From Diplonema japonicum (lineage: Eukaryota; Protista; Euglenozoa: Diplonemea): a stretch of DNA of 64,000 nt. This document shows, piece by piece, positions 1 to 9,828 of this stretch. Both the position numbers and the translations under genes were made by a program. Position 1 is the stretch's first letter; each line of letters opens with the position of its first letter. A model generated the notes under the pieces. It was not told the origin of the DNA. It did no database searches and saw nothing but the letters and a program-made list of their open reading frames with translations. The stretch covers positions 682,001-746,000 of the forward strand of contig OZ025653.1 in the NCBI GenBank assembly GCA_964019335.1. The letters run 5' to 3'.

Positions 1-262
1 TTTTTTTTTTTTTCCGTTCATTCTTTTTTTTTTTTTTTTTTGTTCATTCCTCTTTGGAGGAAAGAAAGAGGGAAACATGGCCACAACATTAGCATAGACG
101 CAAGAAGCCATTGTGCTGTGCACGCCTGCAGCAATGCTACAGACAGCTCCGCTGGTTTCGAAGTGCCTAGCAGTAACACACGGACACGGGCAAGCGGAAG
201 TGGGGACGTGGCTAGTTGCAAGGAAAAGGGTTTGAAAAGAATACAAGAGGGGGAAAGGAAAG

Positions 263-3145
263 TTAGATCTTAGGGTCGAAGAAGGCCATGTCTTTAACGG
301 GCGACCTCTTCACAACCTTTGCTGGAATGCCTGCCACTGTGCAGTATGGGTCAACAGCCTTGTTCACGACAGCGGAGGCGGCCACGACACACCCGTTCCC
401 AATCTTGATGTTGCCCAACACCTGGCAGTGCGCCCCGAGGATTACTTCGTCTCCGATTTTGGGATGCCTATCGCCGCCTACCTTCCCAGTGGCACCCAAT
501 GTAATGTCATGCAAGAATTGCACGTTCCGCCCTACCACAGCCGTGCTGCCAATGACCAGCCCTGTCCCGTGGTCCACGGTGATGCCTTTCCCTATCGTTG
601 CCTGCGGGTGGATGTCAACAGCGTAGGCGGCAGAACAGCATGACTGGAACAGCAGTGCCAGCCACTCGTTCCCCTCCTTCCACAACGCGTTGGCTATCCT
701 GTGACAGGTGGTGGCGTGGTGCCCTTTGTAGAACAGAAACTGTGTGACGTATTTGAAGTCCGAAGCAGCAAGTGCTGCATCTATGACACTGTAGCGGTAG
801 CAGTCGACGGCTATCTCCTCCAGCACTACGGGGTTGCGCTGCAGGCATTGAGCTGCGAGTCTCGTTAAGTCCACACCCTTCACATTGCTGAGTGCAGGGC
901 CTAGTGAGTCCGCCACAGCGAAGGCCATGTTCGGCTGGTGGAGGATTCTGCTGTTAAAAAACCCTTGCAGCTCAGGCGACTGGCGTGCTGCCAACTGCGC
1001 CTCCTGCAACAGTGACTTCCACACGATGTCCGCGGTGGGGTCCAGCGATTCATCGTGAGCACCGATGTGGGTCACGGGCAGATTCTTGCAGTCCTCTTGT
1101 AAATGGCCAAACACATCCTCCGACAGGTACCTGTCACCGTAGTCGGTGACCAATGTGACGATTAGCTTGTTGCCGTTCTCAGGTCGCCTTGCTAATATCT
1201 TGGCACCCGCCACCAGTGCACCTGCAGATACACCTGCAAAGATACCCTCCTCGGCAGGGAGCCTGAGGGTCATCTCGTTGGCCTCCGCTTGTGTGACGGT
1301 GATGATCTCGTTGATGAAGGACTCGTCGATCCAAGACGATGCCTCGTGCGTGTCGATCATCTTCCCGTCGCGGAAGACGGGGTTCGCAGCAGACTGCACA
1401 GCGACAACCTTACAAGCACCGTTGCTCTTTTCCTTGAAGTACCTTCCGAGGCCTGCAAGCGTGGCACCGCTTTCAATGGGCACCACCACGTAGTCCGCCA
1501 TCCCGCGTGTCATCTCTGTGATCTCAGGGCCGGTGGTTTCATAGTGCACGTGGCATGCCGACTGGTTCTCCAGCTGGTTGAGGAACAGCGCCTTGCGTCC
1601 CGGGGTAGCGTTGATCTGCTGTGCTTGGTGCATGGCAAGGTAGCTGGCACCTGTCTTGCCTCTGGAGGCAGGGGTGAGGTGCAGTTCTGCGCCGTACGCC
1701 CTGATGCAGACACGCTTCTCGATGGACTCTGTCTCAGGCATGAAGAGGATAAGCTTGTACCCCTTCGACGCGCAGATCATGGCAAGCGACGTCCCTATGT
1801 TCCCTGTGGTCGCCTCCACGATGGTGACGCTGCGGTCCAGCAACCCTGCATGCTCCGCATCGCTGAGCATCGCTAGGGCTGCACGGTCGGAGCTGGACTT
1901 CCCTGGGTTTTCGCACTCCATCTTCAGGGCAATCCGCGCAGGTTGCCCCCTAGAGATCTTGTTAAGGTAGATCATGGGTGTCTTGCCAATGCAGGAACGA
2001 AGAGTTTTGTTCTCAAGCCCCGAAAGATAAGCGCCGTGGATAGGGATCCTTGTGGGCGCTGGTATGTCGAAGTCACTTGGCAAGTCCGAGTTAGGGATGA
2101 CAGGCATGTTTTCGGAGTTCTTTTTCAATTCGGAGTAAAGGGCAGTGCTGAGGTACCTCTCGCCTTGCGAGGGAATGACGGCCACGATCTGCTTATCCTT
2201 GTAGGCGGGTTGCGAGGCGAGCGCGATCGCTGCATGCACTATGGCTCCTGCGGAGACACCGCAGAGAAGGCCTTCTTCACATGCGAGGCGGCGGGCCATC
2301 TCGAGCGCCTGTTTGGAATTGACCATCATGACTCTGTCAAGGTTGTTGACGTTGAGGACCTCCGGAACAAAGCCTGCCCCGATGCCTTGGATGGAGTGCG
2401 GCTCGGGTTTGTAGTTCTGACCGTTCTTGTGCTTGGTGAGGGCGGGGCTTTCTGATGGTTCGACACCGACGATCTCGACCTTAGTTTTTGTGGTTTTGAA
2501 GTAGGAGGCAACGCCGTTGGTGGTGCCGCCAGTGCCCACGCCCATTACAAAGACATCGATGTCGCCATTGGTCTGGCGGTGGATCTCAGGGCCGGTGGTC
2601 AGTTCATGAATCGCAGAGTTGGCAGGGGACGCGAACTGCTGTGTGAGATACGCTGTGTGGCCTGTCTTGGAAGTTGATTTGTTGATGTCTGCAACGATTT
2701 CCTCTGCCTTCGCTTTGGCACCTTGGATGCCCTTGTCACTCGGTGTCAGCACCACCTGAGCTCCGAAGATAACCAAGTTAAGCCGTCTTTCCAGCGACAT
2801 CGTCTCAGGCATTGTGAGGATAACCCGGTAGCCCCTTGCTGCCCCAAGCATGGCCAGTGCGATCCCTGTGTTCCCACTTGTTGCCTCCACCAATGTGCTG
2901 TGCCCAGGTCGAATTGCTCCTTTTGTCTCCGCCTCTCGTATCAACGCAAGGCCGAGTCTGTCCTTCACTGATTTGCCTGGGTTCATGTATTCCAGCTTCA
3001 CCGTGACTTTGCCCAATAAACCTTTCCCCACGTTATCTAGCTTCACCATCGGGGTGTTGCCTATCATCGATACGATGTCTCTTCCGATCCCTTCATTCAC
3101 TGTGCCCTTAAGGTGGGTCTGTAGGACCTCAATCCTTTTGGACAT
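263..3145 (-). CDS. cysK-cysK-cysE: Tri-domain fusion: cysteine synthase (CysK/OAS-TL) + degenerate CysK-like domain + serine O-acetyltransferase (CysE/SAT), N-terminal PTS2; 960 aa
   Basis: Domain 1 has IGNTPMVKL, KLEYMNPGKSVKDR (PLP Lys), EATSGNTG, QQF, GVGTGGT, PHSIQGIGAG and GERYLST. Domain 2 repeats the fold with NPGKSSSDR. Domain 3 has FYKGHHA, VDIHPQATIGKGITVDHGTGLVIG, TLGATGK-GDRHPKIG and VAGIPAKVV. Start is set at MSKRIEV (ATG 3145) after an A-run; the ORF track's longer N-terminus is homopolymer-derived. Confidence 0.95.
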   Translation of the reverse strand: MSKRIEVLQTHLKGTVNEGIGRDIVSMIGNTPMVKLDNVGKGLLGKVTVKLEYMNPGKSVKDRLGLALIREAETKGAIRPGHSTLVEATSGNTGIALAMLGAARGYRVILTMPETMSLERRLNLVIFGAQVVLTPSDKGIQGAKAKAEEIVADINKSTSKTGHTAYLTQQFASPANSAIHELTTGPEIHRQTNGDIDVFVMGVGTGGTTNGVASYFKTTKTKVEIVGVEPSESPALTKHKNGQNYKPEPHSIQGIGAGFVPEVLNVNNLDRVMMVNSKQALEMARRLACEEGLLCGVSAGAIVHAAIALASQPAYKDKQIVAVIPSQGERYLSTALYSELKKNSENMPVIPNSDLPSDFDIPAPTRIPIHGAYLSGLENKTLRSCIGKTPMIYLNKISRGQPARIALKMECENPGKSSSDRAALAMLSDAEHAGLLDRSVTIVEATTGNIGTSLAMICASKGYKLILFMPETESIEKRVCIRAYGAELHLTPASRGKTGASYLAMHQAQQINATPGRKALFLNQLENQSACHVHYETTGPEITEMTRGMADYVVVPIESGATLAGLGRYFKEKSNGACKVVAVQSAANPVFRDGKMIDTHEASSWIDESFINEIITVTQAEANEMTLRLPAEEGIFAGVSAGALVAGAKILARRPENGNKLIVTLVTDYGDRYLSEDVFGHLQEDCKNLPVTHIGAHDESLDPTADIVWKSLLQEAQLAARQSPELQGFFNSRILHQPNMAFAVADSLGPALSNVKGVDLTRLAAQCLQRNPVVLEEIAVDCYRYSVIDAALAASDFKYVTQFLFYKGHHATTCHRIANALWKEGNEWLALLFQSCCSAAYAVDIHPQATIGKGITVDHGTGLVIGSTAVVGRNVQFLHDITLGATGKVGGDRHPKIGDEVILGAHCQVLGNIKIGNGCVVAASAVVNKAVDPYCTVAGIPAKVVKRSPVKDMAFFDPKI

Positions 3146-3506
3146 TTTGGTTTTTTTTTTTTTTTTTTTTTTTTTTTCTTTTTTTTTCCCCTCTTTTCGT
3201 TGTCCGCTGTTATGTATGTATGTGAGGAGCAGGAGGTGAATTAGATATAGAGCGGGGAGGCAAAACAAAAAAGGTAGCATTTCCTAGGGGTTCGTCTTTC
3301 TTTTTTTTTATTATTCCTTCTTTTTTTTTTATTGCCACGTTTTATTCCCTTCCCGGTTGGTTTTTCCGGGAAAAGGGGGCAAAAAAAAAGGGGGGAGTTT
3401 TGCCGTTTTCTTTTTTTTTAAATAAAAACCAGTTCAGAGTGCGGTGTGGACAAAAAAAAGGGGGGGGGGATGTAACAACGCAAAAAAAAAGAAAAACACA
3501 ATGAAC

Positions 3507-4647
3507 TCACAGCTTCGAGGCGGCACGCGGGATGCCAGCGAATTGGAGCGCCACCTCCGTGTTTATGAGGATTTGCTCATCTGTTTTCTTTTACCCCCCC
3601 CCCCTCTTTTTCCCATAAAAACATACCAAACACCGACGCCTTGCTTGATCCAGCGTTCCCTTGCAGATATCGTGCGTAAACACCGTGCGAAATGGCAGCA
3701 TTTCTCCAGGAGTTCAGAACTTCGAAGAAAGTCCAGTCTTCACGGGATAGAGGCGGCCTTTGGACATGGCGAGTGTAAAGATCCAAGAGGTGTTGCTTAG
3801 ATGGCGTGCCATGCGGGGGGTTGCCTCGCAGGCCCCTCTCCGGGTTTTTAGCAAACGGGATTTCCATGGCAGAGGTGCACCACGTGAGGTCCACCGCAGG
3901 GTGGCCGAGGGTGCAGATCTCCCAATCAAGCACAGCGACTACCTTTGGCAGTGTAGGGTGGATGATGAGGTTGCCGATTCTGAAGTCGCCGTGAACGATG
4001 GACGTTGGCTCGGCAGTGGTCGGGGTGTGTGTTTGCAGCCATTTTGTTAAGTTCACCATATCATTCGGATTGTACCGCGCACCCATGCCTTTCTGTACTA
4101 TGGCGTCACCCATTGTCACCTGCCTGGACCAGGTCTTGATTTGTCTTTCAGCATGTCCACCAATTTTGGACAATCCTGACAATCCAACTTTTCGGAAATC
4201 AATTTTATGTAGTTCTGCCAGGACGCGAATGGTATCATCCCACAAGGCAGACCGTTCATCCGGTGTGAACCCTGGAAGCTGCTCGCTCGTTAAGATCCTC
4301 CCTTCCACGTAGTCCATTACGTAAAATGTTTGCCCGCACACGCTGTGGTCCTCACACAAGAAATGCACCCTTGGAACGGGTACTTTACTCTCCTTCAGAG
4401 CTTCCATGACCTTGTACTCCCTCTCGACCTGGTGTGCGGAAGGAAGGAGTTTGCCGGGGGGCTTCTTCCTCAAGACGTACTTCCTCTCGTCCCCTTCAAA
4501 CACGAACAGATATGTTGGGTTGCTCATCCCGTTGTTGAATTGTCGCACGCTCGCCTTCCCGGACGGGAACCCCTGTATTTTTTCCCGCATCACGCGTACC
4601 ACTGCATCGGTGTCTATGGGCTGCCGTACTGCAATGGTGCCAGACAT
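3507..4647 (-). CDS. Aminoglycoside-phosphotransferase-fold kinase (ACAD10/11 N-terminal-like, stand-alone) with C-terminal PTS1 SKL; 1 intron
   Basis: Motifs QFNNGMSNPTY, YVLRKKPPGKLLPSAHQVEREY, FYVMDYVEGR, IVHGDFRIGN and VLDWE. GT-AG intron 3581-3626 (46 nt) gives a last exon DEQILINTEVALQFAGIPRAASKL*. Confidence 0.88.
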
Positions 4648-4933
4648 TTCTTTTTTTTTTTTTCCTCCGCCTTTTTTATGATTTTTTTTTTCTTGTCCAA
4701 TATGAAAAAGAATAGCAGGTAAATGAGCATGGGAAAGACATTGATAGAAACACAACTCAAAAAAGGAATTTCTTTTTTTTTTTCTTTCCTTCTTTTTTGG
4801 CTCGAAACAATTTCCTCCTCAACCCCCCTTAACAACCCTTGGATGGACTCCTCAACTCTTCACCTTATCGTTATGGTACACAAACGTAAGAAAAAAAAAT
4901 AGAAAAATAAACAAAACGGAACAAAAAAAAAAG

Positions 4934-5362
4934 CTAGCTCAATTCAACATCTGTCGATATTTGTATCGAAGGGGAGGCAAGATGGTCTTGATTTTCTAAG
5001 GGATCAGGAGGGCCCGTGGGGGTGGCAGGGAGAGGTGCGTACTGCATGCGAGCTGGTTGGTAAAGCGCTGTAACCCGCCGACCCTGTCGGTACGAGAACC
5101 ACAACCAAAGGAAGAGAACGGAAGATAAACCGATGGCAGCGAGGCTGAAGATGAGGGTGTAGCATTTGCGGACATCGCTACTGCACCAGCACTGTGCTTC
5201 GTAGCAGCCCTGTCCTTCACAATATTCCCCCCAACCGTCACCCCTTAGCAGTTTTGAGTAGCAAATATAACTCTCATGCAGATCCCCAAAAGGCCTGTCG
5301 CAACTCAACGTTTCATTTCCCTGAAACACAGTGGACGTGCATTTTAACTGGGTAGCATTCAT
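4934..5362 (-). CDS. Small Cys-rich single-pass membrane protein, hypothetical
   Basis: Cys-rich N-terminal half, hydrophobic segment LIFSLAAIGLSSVLFLWLWF, Pro-rich tail; mixed-composition island between homopolymer-rich spacers. Confidence 0.6.
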   Translation of the reverse strand: MNATQLKCTSTVFQGNETLSCDRPFGDLHESYICYSKLLRGDGWGEYCEGQGCYEAQCWCSSDVRKCYTLIFSLAAIGLSSVLFLWLWFSYRQGRRVTALYQPARMQYAPLPATPTGPPDPLENQDHLASPSIQISTDVELS

Positions 5363-5463
5363 TGACAATCACCCCTATTATTATTATTATTTTTTTTTTT
5401 TTGTCGGGCACCCTCTCCTTTAAGTAGCATGAATGGGGAAGGAAACCATAAGGGAAAAAAAAG

Positions 5464-5496
<33 letters not shown>

Positions 5497-5627
5497 ACAC
5501 ATATAAATAACATAGATGGTTAATTTTTTTAAGGAAAAGAAAGAAAAGGAATACGATGGAAGAAGGGAACAAGGATAGAAATCCTTTTTTTTTCTTTTTA
5601 AAAAAAGAAAAAGACTTTTTTGTTAAT

Positions 5628-7257
5628 TCAGGTCCCCAACGTCTGTGCCACGGCGTCTATTGTGCTGTCTAGGACCTCCAGCCCGCTGTTGCGCACGATG
5701 ACGACTCTGTTGGTGGGGTCTAGGCCGAGGTACCACAGTGCTTGGTTTCCGTGCTTTGCCATCGTTTTGTTCGAGTGGTGTATCTTAAGTGCCCGTATGA
5801 GGGGGATGACGCAGGCCCGCAGCGCTGGGTGCAGAGCAAAGTCTTTGTGCGCGACTACCGCCGACAACAGCAGAACAGAGTTCTCCACCAAATACTCGTT
5901 GTGGCTGCATTGTGTCAGGGCACCGCATGCTCTTTCCACACCACCCAGCTGCACAATGGTCTTCACGTGCTCATCGTCTTTCGTGTTCTTCGCCACGTTC
6001 ATCAGCACACCAAGGGTGAACTTGATGATCACCTCGCTGGCAGGGTACAGCTGCATTGCCTTCAGCACGGCAGGGATGCCCTTCTCACACAAGTGCGATG
6101 TCACATGTTCCGCTGTGTTTGTGAGGTAGGTGTTGTGTTGTGTATTCTTCCGCATACGCAGTGAGGACAGGTTGTACAGCAGCACGCACCCGTACTCCAC
6201 AACCTCCTCGTTCTTGCAGAAGTTCTCCATGCCTTGGATGATGATGGGGATTCCACCATTCGCAACTATTTCCTTGCGTCGGCTGTCTGTGGGTTTGTGT
6301 ACAAAGGGGTACAAGAGAATACACACCGTCGCCAAACGAGAGGTTCCATAGAGTGCGCAGTGCTGAACTCACGACCCCCTCGTCGATGCGGAACCGACAG
6401 AAGTTCTCCAGGATGATCTTCGGCCCGTTGTTGTCCATGATCTGCTGCAGCTTCGTCTCGTTTCCGGAGTACCTGCACAGTTCACTCATGGCCTTTTGGA
6501 TGACCTCGGTGTGCTGGAAGTTCTGCATAATCCGCAGGGAGCGGATGATGTCCCCCTCCTGGTGCCATGTGGACCAGATTTCCTGCGAGGAGCACGTGGT
6601 TTCAAAGAACGACATCTTACCATTAGCAAAGAGGTGCTTCACGATCTCCTTGATGCACACGGCGTGCGAGGAGATGCCGTTGGGGCCGTTAAGCTGCGAT
6701 TGGAGGCCGACAAGGACACCTTTGGAGTTGAACACAGGACACCCTGCCGAGTTGTAGTTCGAGTTTGTCTTGAAGCCCAGCAACGACGTCTCCGAGACGG
6801 AGAGGATCTCCTCGAAACGCTTAACCTCTGAATGGTCAACATTACTATGCTCATCAATTGTGTCAGTATCAGCAGTCGTCGTAATGGACAAGGGGTGCTG
6901 CACGATAAGGCACACATCACCTTCCTCTACTGTTGCCCAATCAGAGCTAACAATGGGCAGCTTCACAGGTGTCACCTGGTGTATCTTCTTCATATCACAC
7001 GCTACAAGGGCATATGACAGGTGTTCTGGGTACGCGGAGCAGAAGAACGTGCTGAACGGCTTCAGATCGACCACTACAGGTGCTTGCTTTCCGGACTCAT
7101 GAAACACTGCTTTCATCTTTGCTGCCTCCGGTTTGCTTCTTACTACATCGAGCCCTGTCAGGAGCAACCCTGGTGCTACTAGGAACGCTGATCCTCTCCC
7201 GGGGATCCTGCAGATTGCGGGGATGTTCCCCCTGTTTTCTGCGATCACATCTTTCAT
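5628..7257 (-). CDS. Degenerate trypsin-like domain + armadillo repeats; 2 introns
   Basis: GRGSAFLVAPGLLLT, IVQHP and SAGCPVFN..G.LVGL are trypsin-2-like; ARM repeats (ALRTLWNLS, GGIPIII..M, LLYNLS). Intron 6287-6326 (40 nt) joins ORFs 6085..7257 and 5628..6335; probable in-frame intron at 6113-6157 (45 nt). Confidence 0.75.
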
Positions 7258-7602
7258 TCGACTGTGGTTCCTTGCCTTTTTCTTTTTTTTTTCTTTTGTT
7301 TTTGTTTTGTGATGTTAAGAGAGAAAAAAAAAGAGGGGGGCAAAAACACAACTGAACGAAGGACGGAAACTTTTCTTTTTCTTTTTTTTCTTTTGGCAGT
7401 AATTAATTACTAATTGAAAGATAGTTCGGTGTGCACAGAATCCTGAAGCAGAGGGAAAAAAAGAGGGAAGGGGGGAGGGTAAAAGTACTTTTTCTTTTTT
7501 TTTTTGTATTTTCTGCCGCCAAATTATTCACTAACAACAAAGCAAGCATTGGAAGGTTTGTTGGCTAAGTGGGCTGAAAAATTGAAGGGGGCCTTCGCAA
7601 CG

Positions 7603-7636
<34 letters not shown>

Positions 7637-7973
7637 TATCCCTCCCAGAATTTTTGCTGGGGTTCTCACCCCGAAGCAATGCAAACCTGAATTGTACTTA
7701 TCGTAAATGTCGGTCCCCAAAAAAAAAAACTCCATATATCTCAAGGCTAGCTCGCTAAACGGGAGTTGGAACGCACCCTCGGCGTTGGAGTAGATAGGTA
7801 ATCCTGCATTCCAAAGCGTTGGTTGCCAGCTGCTTCGGGCTCTGGTTTCAATCTATCCGCAGAGCGACCGAAGCAATTATGTTCAAATGCCTGGAAACAA
7901 GAAAGAGGAAAGATAAAAAAGGGGGGGGGGGGCAGTCGGGTCTATAGACAGGGCAGCGATCAGTCATCCGAGA

Positions 7974-9602
7974 TCACATCGTGGCACAGTCAGAATTGTT
8001 TTTCGGGTTTTTCGGGTTCGCCGGGGTGACTTTCCGTTTCTTAACGGTCCCTTCAGGGAGCATTGTGAAAAACATGTGCACAGGCTGACAGAATTACATT
8101 TTGTATTAACATTTGCATACCTGCTGCCGACGGGCCACAATAAGATGGCGCACATCATCAAGAGTACCGACCTTTGTCACACGGGTGTCATCGAAGTACA
8201 GCCAACTGTGGCAATCGTGGAGACAGTAACACGTGTAATGGCGTCCATAAAAGATAATAATGGAAGACAACGAATAGCTCACTACCTTGCCTGTTTCAGT
8301 TGCGAGCATTTTTGGCGTAGGCACGTAACCGGGTATGAGATACACATCAGAAAGATTCAGTGTGTCTGGTATATTTGATACAAATTTCTTCAGATCAGAC
8401 TGCGGGAGGTACTCATCGGCACTGTTCCTATCCCACGCAATGCCCAACGAATAATGTTGAGGAGCCCCCAACAGGAACGGGTGTAACGGTGCTGCCTTAC
8501 CACACCCTTCACACGCCCTTGGCTTGCCCTTCAGGTGCCACCTCATACACGACTCCAGCGACCGACACTTACTATGATTATGCTGCGGGCATTTTATAAA
8601 CAAAGCGGAAGGGAAGTATTGCACAGTTGCGGTGTAGATGATGGGCTCGTAGATCTTGGAGCAGGTTTCCGTGAAGCACTCGTGCTTCTCCATTATGTTG
8701 AGGGAGAATGTTTTGTGGACGAAACAAGGGGGCGAGCAGTAGTCCATCTTATCATTGGCGGTAAGATGCAGACGGAAGAGAATAGCCTCGAGACACTCAC
8801 ACACATCCTCCATGTCACCCATTTGGAATCGTCCTTCGGAGTTGAATGTATTGTGCAGCACCTGACGAATGAGGTGAGGGGGAAGCTGTTTGTGTTGAGA
8901 GAATCTGTACTGTGTGAACAAATTGTGTATGGCGCAGTACAAACACGTATCGGGAGCGAGCTGGTCGGTGCAGGTGTGCAGCTCATGGTCGTCGAGGAAG
9001 CTTTCCCTAAAATACCGAAGGTGCCACAGTGTTTGTAAAATGACGTTGAGGAAGCAATTGTTATGCCCAACAGGGTTTTCAAGGCCTTTCTCGCCCCTGA
9101 GAGCCTCTCGTTGCATTCTGGGTGTATGCATGTGCGCGTCAATACGCTTCCTGTCGGTGTGCTGGTTCGTCGATCTTCGTACCATTTGAAGCATCATTTG
9201 CTGTTCCGCGAGATCAGACGGCGGCATGTTTTCAACATCAAAGTTCTCAGGTTGCATTTCCACCTTCTCCACCGATTCTATGGGGTTTCGAGGCCGCCCT
9301 CTCATATCAGTACTTTCAACTGGTATTTCCTGCTCCTCACAATATTCCTCCCTGGGTTCTCGTGCGGGGGTAACGGGGCTTGATAGAAACCGAGTAGGGC
9401 TGCCTACATAGGACTCCCATCCTGGGGTGCTGAATGCCAACCCGCTAGCTGGGCTTCCTTTTGCTTGCATGGCTTCTAACCATTCTTGAACCGCATCTTT
9501 ATTCCGCCCGAAAACGAGATTCGATTTGCCTCTTATATCAGACCGATTACTGCCTTCGGGAGAGACAGAGTTTACTATGATCTGCCGCTTTGGGGTTTCC
9601 AT
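7974..9602 (-). CDS. Ubiquitin C-terminal hydrolase, USP53/54-like (C19), C-terminal CaaX; 1 intron
   Basis: Cys box KGLENPVGHNNCFLNVILQTLWHL, FQMGDMED, His box FYGRHY and WLYFDD. Intron 8085-8120 (36 nt) gives QQPVHMFF...KKRK...SDCATM*. Confidence 0.88.
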
Positions 9603-9628
9603 CTCATCCTGCGGGGTGGTTTTGTTAT

Positions 9629-9828
9629 GGGGAAAGGGAAAGGGAAAGGGAAAGGGAAAGGGAAAGGGAAGGGGAAGGGGAAGGGGAAGGGGAAGGGGAA
9701 GGGGAAGGGGAAGGGGAAGGGAAAGGGAAAGGGAAAGGGAAAGGGAAAGGAAAAGGAAAAGGGAAAGGGAAAGGGAAAGGGAAAGGGAAAGGGAAAGGGA
9801 AAGGGAAAGGGAAAGGGAAAGGGAAAGG
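9629..9828. repeat. 200-bp homopurine hexamer microsatellite (GGGAAA)n/(GGGGAA)n
   Basis: Directly visible; blocks of GGGAAA and GGGGAA with a few GGAAAA units. Confidence 0.98.

Noticed and set aside
263-4647. Bacterial contaminant or operon (cysK/cysE/APH)
   Set aside because: PTS motifs, a spliceosomal intron and homopolymer-rich spacers match the rest of the eukaryotic contig.
9629-9828. Interstitial telomere or CRISPR-like array
   Set aside because: The unit is GGGAAA, not TTAGGG, and there are no spacers.
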